Shown in pieces: positions 27,412 to 37,860 of a stretch of DNA of 64,000 nucleotides. This DNA comes from Candidatus Aenigmatarchaeota archaeon (lineage in GTDB: Archaea > Aenigmatarchaeota > Aenigmatarchaeia > CG10238-14 > SpSt-28). The notes beneath the pieces are model-generated. The model was not told the origin of the DNA. It saw only the letters and a program-made list of their open reading frames with translations, and searched no databases. The first letter of the stretch is position 1; the number at the start of each line of letters is the position of its first letter. A program made the position numbers and the translations under genes. The stretch is taken from assembly GCA_038733315.1 (NCBI GenBank), contig JAVYPJ010000002.1, positions 192,001 through 256,000 on the forward strand, written 5' to 3'.

Positions 27412-27693
27412 TTAACTTTTTATATCTATCTTTTTAGCTCTAAACCCTTTTCCGTGCGAATGTTTCTTCCCACACTCTTTACACTTAAACTTTAAATCAA
27501 CCTTCTTAACACTCTTTTCTCTGCCTTTTGGATTTTCCTTAGGAAAACTTCCATATCCTTTCATTTTTCTCATAAATCTTCTTTGACCGTGAGATAATGT
27601 TCTTCTCTGCCTTTTTTTAGAAATTTCAACAGTATGCAAAGTATGTTTTTTGCAGTACTTGCAATATACTTTAACTTCCTTTGGAATCTTCAT
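27412..27693 (-). CDS. rpl44e: 50S ribosomal protein L44e
   Basis: MKIPK...YCKYCKKHTLH, GQRRF, GYGSFP, KCKECGK. Confidence 0.96.
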   Translation of the reverse strand: MKIPKEVKVYCKYCKKHTLHTVEISKKRQRRTLSHGQRRFMRKMKGYGSFPKENPKGREKSVKKVDLKFKCKECGKKHSHGKGFRAKKIDIKS

Positions 27694-27731
27694 TAAAATA
27701 ATAATTTCATAGATAAATTTATAAATTTATA

Positions 27732-28037
27732 ATGCCTAGAGACGAATTTAACTTAGTTAGACATGAACTAATAGGCTTAAAAGTTAAAATAATAGATAGT
27801 AAAAACAAAAAACTCAAAGGAATTAGCGGAAACGTTGTTTACGAAACCTATAATACTATTATAATTGAGAATTTGAAAAAGAAAAGAAAAACAATTCCAA
27901 AAAAAGGAACTATTTTTGTTTTTGAGTTAGAAAATGGTAAAAAAGTAAAAATCTTAGGCAATATATTAGTTGGTAGACCAGAAGATAGAATCAAAAAGAA
28001 GTTTCCTAAATGGAAATTATCGGAAATAAATAGTTAG
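27732..28037 (+). CDS. rnp1: RNase P protein subunit Rpp29
   Basis: HELIGLKVKI, G.VVYET.NT, PK.GT.F.F, G..LVGRPEDRI. Confidence 0.93.
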   Translation: MPRDEFNLVRHELIGLKVKIIDSKNKKLKGISGNVVYETYNTIIIENLKKKRKTIPKKGTIFVFELENGKKVKILGNILVGRPEDRIKKKFPKWKLSEINS

Positions 28038-28062
28038 AAAATAACAAACCTTAAATAATTTT

Positions 28063-31000
28063 ATGTTAGTCGTATACGAAAACTCTTGCCCGAATTGTGG
28101 AGGAAGAATAAGCTATGAAAGATTAATAAATAAACTACCTTGCGAATCTTGCATGAAAAATATTCCAGAAGAAATCAAAAAATTAAAACCTAATACCAAA
28201 AAATTTTATAAAAAAATTCTAAGAGAACTAAAATCTAACTATACTTTAAAGAATTACATTAATTATGTTAAAATAATTCTTCAAACAGACGATTTCTTAA
28301 AATTTTTTAAAAAAGCGATAAATTCAAATGCATGGAGTGCACAAAGAATGTGGGCAACTAGAATTTTCAAAAATTTATCCTTTGCAATAATGGCTCCAAC
28401 TGGAAGCGGCAAAACAACATTTTTAATAGTTTTATCTCTATACATGGCCTATAAACATAAAAAAAAGATATACTTCATATTACCAACAAGTTTATTAGCA
28501 TCTCAAGTTTATGATAAATTTAAGAGATTAGCAGAATCCTTAAATTTAGATTTAAAAATAGTTACTTTCAATTCTATTCTAAAAAAGAAGGAAAGAGAAG
28601 AAGCTATAGAAAAAATAAAAAACAAAGAATTTCAAATTTTAATAACTACAAATATGTTTCTATCTAAGAAATTTGAAATGGTAAAGGACTTTAACTTCGA
28701 TATTATAATAGTTGATGATGTCGATTCTTTTCTAAGAGCTTCAAAAAACATAAACAAAGTTCTAAATCTTTTAGGTTTTGGAGATGAAGTGATAGAAAAG
28801 GCATTAGAAAATGTTGAATTAAGAAGAAGCTTAATGTTTGCTAACGAAGAAGAGAGGAAAGAAAAAGAGAAAAAAATTGAAGAAAACAAAAATTTTATTA
28901 AAAAATTTTCTTATAAAAATAAGGTACTAGTTGTTAGCGGAGCCTCTGCAAGAGCAAGAACAAAAAGAGTAATGTTATTCAATGAATTGCTTGGTTTTCA
29001 AATCGGAACAAAAATAGAGGGAATAAGAAATGTTGAAGATGTATATGAACAAGTTAAAGAAAACTTAGAGGAAAAAATTTTCGAATATGTTAAAAAAATT
29101 GGTAAAGGAGGATTAATTTTTGTTCCTGCAGATAAAGGAATTGAATATGCTAAAAAATTAGAAGAATTTCTTGTTTCTAAAGGAATTAAAGCAAAAACTC
29201 TCGAGAAAACAAAATTATCTATAATTAAAGATTTTATAGCTGGAAATTTAGATGTTTTAATAGGAATTGCTTCTTATAAAAGTCCATTAGCTAGAGGTAT
29301 TGATTTACCAGACGTTATAAGATATGCAATATTTGCTGGCCCACCAAAATTCAAAATAAAAATAGACATCTCTGAATTTAAACCTTCTAGAATTTTAGCA
29401 CTATTGCTCCATATAAGAGAATATTTAGAAAAAAAAGAAGAAAAGGATAAGCTAGATGTGCTATCAAATAAACTCAGAAAGATTTCTGGATTAACAGAAG
29501 AGAATTTAAAAACAATAATAAATGCTATAAAAGAGAATAAGCAGCTTGAGGGTTTTCTAGAGCATTGTAGAGAAATACTTAAGGATAGTTATGAATTTAT
29601 TAAAAGTTTATTAAGCAATGAAAAATTCGTTAAAAAATTGAGAGAGAGTAAAAAGTTGTCGTTTGGAGAAAGCGAAGATAAATTTTATTTTATTATCGCA
29701 GACGTTCAAGCATATATTCAAGCAAGCGGAAGAACAAGTAGATTATATGCTGGCGGAATTTCTAAGGGTTTAAGCTTAGTTTTAGTAGATGATGAAAAAG
29801 CTTTTAATAGCTTAAAGGAAAAAATTAAATGGTTTGATGAAAAAGCTAACTTTAAAAACCTTAACGAAATCGATTTAGAAGAAATTATTAAAGAGATTGA
29901 TAAAGATAGAGAGACTATCAAAGCTTTAAAAGAAGGTAAAATAGAACCTAAAAAACTAAAAGACTTATTAAAAATTGGTTTATTGATAGTCGAAAGTCCA
30001 ACAAAGGCTAAAACAATATCTAAATTTTTCGGAACGCCTGCCATTAGAGAAATAGATGGAGTAAGAATTTACGAAGTTTCTAGCGGAGATTATATACTAC
30101 TAATAACTTCAAGTATAGGGCATGTATTTGATTTAGTTATAAAAGATGGCTTTCACGGAGTTTTAATAAAAGATGGTAACTTCATACCAGTATACGGAAC
30201 TATAAAAACTTGTCAAAAATGCAAATCCCAATATACAGATAATATAACGTTTTGTCCCATAGATAACGAAAAACTTTTTAATAAAATTAAAATCTTAAAC
30301 GTTTTAAGAGATTTAAGCCAAGAAGTAGATGAGATATTAATAGCAACAGACCCAGATGCCGAAGGAGAAAAAATTGGTTTTGACATAGCAAACTTTTTAA
30401 GTCCCTTTGTAAAAAAAATAAAAAGATTAGAATTTCATGAAATAACATACAAAGCTATTAGAAATGCTTTGAACAATCCAAGAGAAATAAACTTAAATTT
30501 GGTTAAGTCTCAAATAGTTAGAAGAATAGAAGATAGATGGTTTGGTTTTGAATTAAGTCAAAAAGTTCAAAAAGAATTCAAGAAAAAAACTTTATCTGCA
30601 GGCAGAGTACAAACACCAGTACTAGGCTGGATAGTAAAAAGAACTGAAGAGAGTAAAAATAGTTTAAAGGATTATTTAAGAGTTTATTTCGATAATCTTA
30701 AAGTTGTTTTTGAATTCGAAAAGTTGGCAAAAAAAGAAAAAGAAAAATTCTTCGAAGAAATTATAAAAAACAGATATGTTCTTGTTGAAAAAATAGAACA
30801 AAGAGAAGAAACATTAAATCCATTACCACCTTATACAACAGATAGCTTATTAAAAGATGCTTCGAACATTTTAAAATTTAGTACAGAAAAAACTATGAGA
30901 ATCGCTCAAGAATTATTTGAAAGTGGTTTAATAACTTATCATAGAACAGATTCCACAACAGTATCAACTGCTGGAATAAACATTGCTAAGGAATATATAA

Positions 31001-31716
31001 TTCAAGAATTTGGAGAAGAATTGTTTTTTCCAAGACCATGGACAAAAGAGGGTGCACACGAATGTATTAGACCTACAAAAGCAATAGATGCAGAAAGACT
31101 ACTAGAATTACTAAGATTAAAAATATTACAAATACCTATAATATTAACAAAAGATCATTTAGCGCTTTACGATTTAATATTTAAAAGATTTATTGCAAGC
31201 CAAATGAAATCTGCAAAAGTTGAAAAAACTAAATTTAAATTTAAGCTCTTGAATTTGGAAAGGGAAGAAGAATTCATAACAAAAATCTTAGATAAGGGTT
31301 TTACAAAAATCACTAAAATAAAAGAAACAAAAATTTCAGAAGGTAAATATGAAATCGTTAGATTTGATGCAGAAAAAGACTATTTCAGAAAACCTTCTAT
31401 TCCATTATTTTCTCAAGGAGATGTAATATCATTAATGAAGGAAAAGGGAATTGGCAGGCCATCTACTTATGCCTCAATAATTGCTAAGATTTTAGAAAGA
31501 AGATATGTTATTAGCGTTAAAAATAAATTAATCGCAACAAAAAGAGGAAAACAAGTTTTTGAATATCTAAAATCTAAATTTGAAAAGTATATTAGCGAAG
31601 AATTAACTAGAGATTTAGAAAGAAAAATGGATTTAATTGAGGAAAATAAAGTAGATTACATAGAAGTTCTAAAGGAGATTTACAGAGAAACTATGGAAAT
31701 AAAACAAATAAAATAA
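28063..31716 (+). CDS. rgy: Reverse gyrase (single polypeptide)
   Basis: CPNCGG Zn finger, APTGSGKT, VDDVD, YIQASGRTSR, IVESPTKA, ATDPDAEGE, SAGRVQTP, GLITYHRTDS, GIGRPSTY. Confidence 0.98.
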   Translation: MLVVYENSCPNCGGRISYERLINKLPCESCMKNIPEEIKKLKPNTKKFYKKILRELKSNYTLKNYINYVKIILQTDDFLKFFKKAINSNAWSAQRMWATRIFKNLSFAIMAPTGSGKTTFLIVLSLYMAYKHKKKIYFILPTSLLASQVYDKFKRLAESLNLDLKIVTFNSILKKKEREEAIEKIKNKEFQILITTNMFLSKKFEMVKDFNFDIIIVDDVDSFLRASKNINKVLNLLGFGDEVIEKALENVELRRSLMFANEEERKEKEKKIEENKNFIKKFSYKNKVLVVSGASARARTKRVMLFNELLGFQIGTKIEGIRNVEDVYEQVKENLEEKIFEYVKKIGKGGLIFVPADKGIEYAKKLEEFLVSKGIKAKTLEKTKLSIIKDFIAGNLDVLIGIASYKSPLARGIDLPDVIRYAIFAGPPKFKIKIDISEFKPSRILALLLHIREYLEKKEEKDKLDVLSNKLRKISGLTEENLKTIINAIKENKQLEGFLEHCREILKDSYEFIKSLLSNEKFVKKLRESKKLSFGESEDKFYFIIADVQAYIQASGRTSRLYAGGISKGLSLVLVDDEKAFNSLKEKIKWFDEKANFKNLNEIDLEEIIKEIDKDRETIKALKEGKIEPKKLKDLLKIGLLIVESPTKAKTISKFFGTPAIREIDGVRIYEVSSGDYILLITSSIGHVFDLVIKDGFHGVLIKDGNFIPVYGTIKTCQKCKSQYTDNITFCPIDNEKLFNKIKILNVLRDLSQEVDEILIATDPDAEGEKIGFDIANFLSPFVKKIKRLEFHEITYKAIRNALNNPREINLNLVKSQIVRRIEDRWFGFELSQKVQKEFKKKTLSAGRVQTPVLGWIVKRTEESKNSLKDYLRVYFDNLKVVFEFEKLAKKEKEKFFEEIIKNRYVLVEKIEQREETLNPLPPYTTDSLLKDASNILKFSTEKTMRIAQELFESGLITYHRTDSTTVSTAGINIAKEYIIQEFGEELFFPRPWTKEGAHECIRPTKAIDAERLLELLRLKILQIPIILTKDHLALYDLIFKRFIASQMKSAKVEKTKFKFKLLNLEREEEFITKILDKGFTKITKIKETKISEGKYEIVRFDAEKDYFRKPSIPLFSQGDVISLMKEKGIGRPSTYASIIAKILERRYVISVKNKLIATKRGKQVFEYLKSKFEKYISEELTRDLERKMDLIEENKVDYIEVLKEIYRETMEIKQIK

Positions 31717-31720
31717 AAAA

Positions 31721-34700
31721 TTATTTTTTTATTTTTCTCTCTATTTCATATACTATTTTTTTCGTTTTAACAACAACATCTGGATTCACACTTATCGAAT
31801 CTATTCCAGCTTTAACTAAAAATTCAGTAAATTCTGAATATACACTTGGTGCCTGTCCACAAATACTAACAGTTACTTTGTTTTTATGTGCTTCTTTTAT
31901 TAAATATTCAATTGCTCTTAAAACAGCTTCGTTTCTTTCATCAAAATATCCTAATTTTGCTAATAGTGCAGAATCTCTATCAACCCCTAAAATCAATTGA
32001 GTTAAATCGTTAGATCCTATGGAAAAGCCATCAACATATTTTGAAAACTTATCAGCTAAAAATATGTTACTCGGAACTTCTGCCATCATCCAAACTTTAA
32101 AGTCTTTATCCCTTTTTAATCCTTCTTCTTCCATTATTTTTAAAGCCTTTTCTAACTCTTCAACAGTTCTTACAAAAGGCAACATAACCCAAACATTATT
32201 TAATTTATACTCTTTTCTAACTTTTCTTATTGCCCTACATTCTAATCTAAAAGCGTTTTCAAACTCTTTACTTATATATCTAGATACTCCTCTCCAACCA
32301 AGCATTGGGTTATTCTCTTTTGGTTCATACTTTTCTCCGCCAATTAACGAAGCGTATTCGTTTGTTTTAAAATCGCTAAATCTTACAACAACAAATCTAG
32401 GATATATTTCTTTTGCAACTAAGGCAATTCCTTCTGCTAACTTATCTATATACTCATTTTCTTTTCCTTGCTCTATTAAATAGTTTGGATGATACTTTAT
32501 ATAACTTCCAATTATAAACTCTATTCTCATTAATCCAATTCCTTCGAAAGGTAAATGACTGTATTTTTTTATAGCTTCTGGAACACCCAAATTCATTAGT
32601 ATTTTTGTTTTTGTTTTTAATTTTTTAGCTTCACTTACTTCTATATCTTCTTCTTTTGAATACCTTAGCAATTCCTTTATTTCTCCTTCATAAACAAAAC
32701 CTCTATAAGCATCTACAGTAACAATTTGATTTTCCTTTAAAACCTTAGTAGCCTCCTTAGTTCCAACTATACATGGAATTCCCATCTCTCTACTTACTAT
32801 CGCAGCATGTGAATTAGAAACTAAAATAGGTATATAATTTTCAGAAAGTATTACAAAATTTTTTTCTAATTCATTATTTCCGCTAACCTCAAAATTATAA
32901 ACATAATCCATATGCTCCTTAGAAATGAAGTTTACTGATAATTTTATAAACCTTCTCTTATTGCTAACATTTATTTTTTCTCTTTTCAATATTAATTTTC
33001 CATTTTCTATCTTAGGTAAAATACCTATTTTAATCAAAGCTATAACCAATGGCTTTATCAAATTCTCTTCCCAAACTTCAGTATTTTTTGAAGCGTTTAA
33101 AAATCCCTTAATAAAATATTTTGTTGATTCTTTATCAAGATTTAAAACAAATAATTCAAGGTTGTTTAAAACTTTTAGTAAAAAGGAGTTCTCTATATCT
33201 AAAAGTTTGTTTTTAAGATATTGAAGCTGATTTGCATAGGATTTATCAACATTATTTATTACATCATAAATTCTTTTAGCAGCTAATAGACTACCTATAA
33301 CATATGAAAACTTTTTAGCTCTAATACTTATTGGTTTTTCTGGAATTTCTACACAAGACAATATAGGAATGTCTTTATTATAAACTTCATTTATCGGAAT
33401 TTTTCTTATATTTTCATCTAATAGCACTATCATTTTATGATCCCTTGTCAGTCTTATGGAATCTAAAAAATCTCTTATATAAATCTTATAAACATAATCT
33501 TTTCTTCTACCAGCTGCGATTACTCTCTTCCAAACCAATTTTTTATCTATATTCATAGATAATAGATAAACAGTGTTGTCTTCCGCTATTAATTGATAAA
33601 CTTTTTCTGCCTCTAAAATTCCATAGTTTGTTATTAACTTAGTTTTAGGTGCTATACAAGTCATACCCCCTTCATCAGTTATAATAGCTGCAGCTTTTTT
33701 CATAGCTGGAACCATATCTGGTTCTGTCATAGTAGTAACTAAAATATCGCCATCAACAACTTTGTGAATTTCTGAAGCGTCTCTCAAAATCTTTACTTTT
33801 CCAACAGCTATTCCACCGCTTGCAGATAATCCCTTTAATATTGGTTTTATCCTTAGATGAATTTCTTCTAATTTCTTTTCAAAAAATGCAGTTACTGGTC
33901 TCGACTGCACAATATAAATCTTACCATTTTCAACAACATACTCAACATCTTGAGGAAATTTATAATGATTTTCTATCTTAACTAAAATTTTCCATAATTC
34001 TTTTAAAGTTTTTTCATCCAAACTAGGAACTTCGCTCAACTCTTTTGGAACCTCTATTTCTTTTAAACCATAATCTTCGCTAGCTATTTTCATTTTTGTT
34101 TTTTTAGCTATGTGTTTTTCTAAGATTTCTCCAGTTTTTTTATCAATAACAAAAGTATCTGGAGTAACATATCCGCTAACAACAGCCTCTCCTTGCCCAT
34201 AATGAGCTTCGATAACAATTTTATTTTTATCTCCACTAGCTGGATGTATTGTAAACGCAACACCAGCAACATATTTACCTTTTAAATATTCTTCCTTAGA
34301 AATTTTTCCCAATTGTTTTTGAACTACTACAGCAATATCAACTTTTAAATGATTGAAACCCTTTTTCGTTCTATAAAATGTTGCTCTAGCAGTAAACAAA
34401 GAAGCCCAACATTTTTTAACTGCACTTAAAACATTTTCATAACCACTAATATTCAAAATTGTTTCTTGCTGACCAGCAAAACTAGCTTCTTTTATATCTT
34501 CTGCAGTAGCACTACTTCTTGCAACAACAAAAATATTTTTTCCTCCCTCTATTTTACTTAACTCTTTATAGGCCTCTATTATTTCTTTTTCTATATCTTT
34601 TGGCATTGGTGCGTTTCTTATTATTTCTCTAATTTTTTCTGTGTTTTTTTCTAATTCCTCCGCATCATCAACATTTGTTCTATCTAAAATCTCTTTTATT

Positions 34701-34873
34701 TTTTTGTCTAAACCGTTTTTAACTATATGCTCTCTATAAGCATTTCCCAAAACTACAAAGCCATTCGGTACAGGAATTCCTGCATTTATCATCTCACCAA
34801 GATTAGCTCCCTTTCCACCTGCTATATTAACATCTTTCTTAGATAGTTCTTTTAAAAATTTGATGTATTTCAT
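31721..34873 (-). CDS. ppsA: Phosphoenolpyruvate synthase with intein
   Basis: GGKGANLGEM, RSSATAED..ASFAGQQET, phospho-His GGMT/SHAAIVSRE, ENNPMLGWRG, SIGSNDLTQ, SICGQAPS. Confidence 0.96.
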   Translation of the reverse strand: MKYIKFLKELSKKDVNIAGGKGANLGEMINAGIPVPNGFVVLGNAYREHIVKNGLDKKIKEILDRTNVDDAEELEKNTEKIREIIRNAPMPKDIEKEIIEAYKELSKIEGGKNIFVVARSSATAEDIKEASFAGQQETILNISGYENVLSAVKKCWASLFTARATFYRTKKGFNHLKVDIAVVVQKQLGKISKEEYLKGKYVAGVAFTIHPASGDKNKIVIEAHYGQGEAVVSGYVTPDTFVIDKKTGEILEKHIAKKTKMKIASEDYGLKEIEVPKELSEVPSLDEKTLKELWKILVKIENHYKFPQDVEYVVENGKIYIVQSRPVTAFFEKKLEEIHLRIKPILKGLSASGGIAVGKVKILRDASEIHKVVDGDILVTTMTEPDMVPAMKKAAAIITDEGGMTCIAPKTKLITNYGILEAEKVYQLIAEDNTVYLLSMNIDKKLVWKRVIAAGRRKDYVYKIYIRDFLDSIRLTRDHKMIVLLDENIRKIPINEVYNKDIPILSCVEIPEKPISIRAKKFSYVIGSLLAAKRIYDVINNVDKSYANQLQYLKNKLLDIENSFLLKVLNNLELFVLNLDKESTKYFIKGFLNASKNTEVWEENLIKPLVIALIKIGILPKIENGKLILKREKINVSNKRRFIKLSVNFISKEHMDYVYNFEVSGNNELEKNFVILSENYIPILVSNSHAAIVSREMGIPCIVGTKEATKVLKENQIVTVDAYRGFVYEGEIKELLRYSKEEDIEVSEAKKLKTKTKILMNLGVPEAIKKYSHLPFEGIGLMRIEFIIGSYIKYHPNYLIEQGKENEYIDKLAEGIALVAKEIYPRFVVVRFSDFKTNEYASLIGGEKYEPKENNPMLGWRGVSRYISKEFENAFRLECRAIRKVRKEYKLNNVWVMLPFVRTVEELEKALKIMEEEGLKRDKDFKVWMMAEVPSNIFLADKFSKYVDGFSIGSNDLTQLILGVDRDSALLAKLGYFDERNEAVLRAIEYLIKEAHKNKVTVSICGQAPSVYSEFTEFLVKAGIDSISVNPDVVVKTKKIVYEIERKIKK
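32813..33658 (-). mobile_element. Intein (282 aa) in ppsA with degenerate LAGLIDADG remnant
   Basis: Insertion between GGMT and SHAA; starts CIAPKTKL, block B LTRDHKM, block F VYNFEV, ends ILVSN before Ser+1. Confidence 0.92.
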
Positions 34874-34975
34874 AACAATATATGTAACATTAAGGTTATA
34901 TATTAATTTCTTCCATTATTGATAAGCATATAAGAATTTAAAAGAAAATATTAAAAATGCTTCAACTATTGGTTT

Positions 34976-36724
34976 ATGAAAAAAAGAATAGCTGTGATAG
35001 ATAGAGAATTATGTAGATTTGATAAATGTGGTTTAGTTTGTATATCAAAATGTCCAATAACTGATGAAACAAAAAAAGCGGTGTATTTAGATGAGGAAAA
35101 AAAATTAATAGTAATAAATGAAGAAAAATGCATTGGCTGCGGAATATGCACAAAAATTTGTCCATTTGATGCAATAAGAATAATTAATTTTCCTAAGCCC
35201 TTAGATAGAAAACCAATACATAGATTTGGAATAAATGGTTTTGAGTTATACAATTTGCCTTTTCCAATAGAAAATAAAATAGTTGGAATTATTGGGCCTA
35301 ATGGAATAGGAAAAACCTCTTCAATAAGAATTTTGATAGGCGAAATAAAACCAAACTTTGGTGAATTAGAAAAAGAATATGAAATAACAGAATTAATCAA
35401 AATTTTTAGAGGAAAAGAAATTCAGAGCTATTTAGAAAAATTAAAGAATTCTACTATTTCTCTATCTTACAAACCGCAAAGAGTTGATTTAATACCAAAA
35501 ATTCAGAAGGGAAAAGTGAGAGAAATAATAGAAAAGATGGATAAAGATAAAATTTCCGCTATATTAAAAGAGTTTGAATTAGAAGAAATATTAGATAAAA
35601 ATGTTGAAAATCTTAGCGGTGGAGAATTACAAGCTCTTGCCATATCTATAGCCTTAGCGAAAAACGCAAATTTCTACTATTTAGACGAACCAACAACATT
35701 CTTAGACATTTCTCAGAGATTTAAATTGATAAACATTCTTAGAAAATATTTACATCAAAAGTCTTCAATAGTTGTTGATCATGACATAGCATTTTTAGAT
35801 GCTCTATGCGATTTCATCCACATTTTTTATGGAGTTCCATCAGTATATGGAATAGTTAGCAATTTACTTTCGGCAAGAATTGGTATTAATAGTTTTTTTG
35901 ATGGTTATATAAAGGAAGAAAATGTTAAGTTCAGAGATTTTGAAATAAAATTCGAAAAATCGCAACAAATACAACCAAAAAATGAAATTCTTTTTAAAAT
36001 CGAGAATTTCGAAAAAAGTTTAAATGGTTTCAAAATATTTATAGAGAAATTTGAGATAAGAAAAAATGAAATCATTGGAATAATAGGAGCTAACGCCTTA
36101 GGTAAAACAACATTTGCAAAAATTTTATCAAAACAAATAGAAAGTGATTTAAAAATTGATGTTTCAATTTCTTTAAAACCGCAGTTTATTAATATCGATT
36201 TTGATGGAAGTGTTGAAGAATACTTGAATTCTATTAAAAAAATTGGTGAGAATGAGAAAAGAGAAATAATTTTTCCGCTTTCGCTTCAAAGACTTTTACT
36301 AAAAAATATTAAGAATTTGAGTGGTGGAGAAATGCAAAAGGTTTCCATAGCTGCTTGCCTCTTAAGAGATGCAGATATTTATATTTTAGATGAACCCTCT
36401 GCATTTTTAGATATAGAAGAAAGAATCTCGTTAATTAAAAACTTAAAGAATTTCATAGAAAACAGAGAAAAAAGTTTTATAATAATTGATCATGACCTTA
36501 CTCTTATTTCTTATATATCTCATAGAATACTCCTTTTTAAAGGAATTCCCGGAAAGTTTGGAAAAACAAAAATTTATGAACTAAAAGAGGGAATAAATGA
36601 ATTTTTAAAAGAGTTTGAAATAACATTTAGAAGAGATAAGGAAACTAATAGGCCTAGAATTAATAAGTTTGGTTCAAAAATAGATAGAAAACAAAAAGAA
36701 AGCGGAATATACTTTGATATATAG
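34976..36724 (+). CDS. rli: ABCE1/RLI ribosome recycling ATPase
   Basis: Fe-S domain (CIGCGICTKICPFDAI), two NBDs GPNGIGKT and GANALGKT, LSGGE twice, TFRRD...RPRINK. Confidence 0.97.
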   Translation: MKKRIAVIDRELCRFDKCGLVCISKCPITDETKKAVYLDEEKKLIVINEEKCIGCGICTKICPFDAIRIINFPKPLDRKPIHRFGINGFELYNLPFPIENKIVGIIGPNGIGKTSSIRILIGEIKPNFGELEKEYEITELIKIFRGKEIQSYLEKLKNSTISLSYKPQRVDLIPKIQKGKVREIIEKMDKDKISAILKEFELEEILDKNVENLSGGELQALAISIALAKNANFYYLDEPTTFLDISQRFKLINILRKYLHQKSSIVVDHDIAFLDALCDFIHIFYGVPSVYGIVSNLLSARIGINSFFDGYIKEENVKFRDFEIKFEKSQQIQPKNEILFKIENFEKSLNGFKIFIEKFEIRKNEIIGIIGANALGKTTFAKILSKQIESDLKIDVSISLKPQFINIDFDGSVEEYLNSIKKIGENEKREIIFPLSLQRLLLKNIKNLSGGEMQKVSIAACLLRDADIYILDEPSAFLDIEERISLIKNLKNFIENREKSFIIIDHDLTLISYISHRILLFKGIPGKFGKTKIYELKEGINEFLKEFEITFRRDKETNRPRINKFGSKIDRKQKESGIYFDI

Positions 36725-36753
36725 AATTTCTTTTTGCAACCTTAGAAATAATT

Positions 36754-37392
36754 ATGGCTAAGATAAAATTTAAAAGATTAAGAGAAAATCTTGCGATTAA
36801 AAGATTTTTCATAACGTTATTTCTAACTGTTACTATTTCGGTCTTTTACTTTAATCTCTACAAATTCTTAGAGAAACCTTCATTAAATCTAGTTAAAAAA
36901 TTCGAGATAGCAAATATGTTTGTTTGGATTGACGAAAAAATAAGAGATAATAGTTATATTTATGTTGAAAGAGTTTTTGAATATAAAATAAATTATCCGT
37001 ACGTTATTAAAAAACCATTTTATTGTTATGATTTACCAGAAAATGCAATATTCCATGATAAATTCGGAAACGTTATTAACGTAGAAAAAATAGAAAATAA
37101 AGTTTGTATTTCTTCTGAGATTAAAGAATTTGTCGTTAGAATCACAGAAAAAAAGGATATTAAAAACTATGTTGTTCTTTCAAAAATAGAAGATTCTAAT
37201 AAAATCTTTATAAAAAATATAGATGAATTTTCCTTAAACTTTGAGATTAGAATTGATATAGATAAGCTGATTAAATCGCAAGGAAACGTATATAGAGATG
37301 GTACTTTAGTTTCAATAAATTCTACATATTTTTTTGATTCTAAGGTTATAGCACCATATGGAAATATTGAATATGAAATTAAGAAAAGCTGA
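36754..37392 (+). CDS. Hypothetical single-TM anchored protein
   Basis: N-terminal basic stretch plus one TM, beta-rich remainder. Confidence 0.6.
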   Translation: MAKIKFKRLRENLAIKRFFITLFLTVTISVFYFNLYKFLEKPSLNLVKKFEIANMFVWIDEKIRDNSYIYVERVFEYKINYPYVIKKPFYCYDLPENAIFHDKFGNVINVEKIENKVCISSEIKEFVVRITEKKDIKNYVVLSKIEDSNKIFIKNIDEFSLNFEIRIDIDKLIKSQGNVYRDGTLVSINSTYFFDSKVIAPYGNIEYEIKKS

Positions 37393-37443
37393 AAAAGCAA
37401 CATCTTAAACTTATTTATTATTTTAGTTTTATTTTAATTACTT

Positions 37444-37860
37444 ATGCCGGTGTGGAAAATAGTTATAAGTGATCCAGAAAGTAAAAAAGCATATCAGATA
37501 GAGATAGATCAATCTATGGCACCTCAACTAATAGGGAAAAAAATAGGAGATATTATAGATGGAAATATAATAGGTTTAAGTGGTTACGAATTACAAATTA
37601 CTGGAGGAACCGATAAAGACGGTTTTCCGATGCACCCAAACATAGATGGAGCTATAAAGAAAAGAGTTTTGCTATCTTCTCCGCCTTGTTTTCATCCAGA
37701 AAAAAAAGGAGAAAGAAAGAAAAAAACAGTAAGAGGGAATACTATTAGTAGCGATATAATTCAAATAAACACAAAAATAATTAAAAAAGGTGAAAAACCC
37801 TTAGAAGAATTCGAAGTAATTAAATCTTTCCTACAAAAGAAAGCCAATACTCAACAATGA
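37444..37860 (+). CDS. rps6e: 30S ribosomal protein S6e
   Basis: KIVISDP, IGKKIGD, ITGGTDKDGFPM, GERKKKTVRGN. Confidence 0.97.
   Translation: MPVWKIVISDPESKKAYQIEIDQSMAPQLIGKKIGDIIDGNIIGLSGYELQITGGTDKDGFPMHPNIDGAIKKRVLLSSPPCFHPEKKGERKKKTVRGNTISSDIIQINTKIIKKGEKPLEEFEVIKSFLQKKANTQQ

Noticed and set aside
34880..34903. Imperfect inverted repeat ATATGTAAC-N6-GTTATATAT upstream of ppsA, considered as a dif or operator site
   Set aside because: The right arm is the ppsA TATA box on the minus strand; TAA-to-TTA spacing is 8, not the 6 of dif; low complexity
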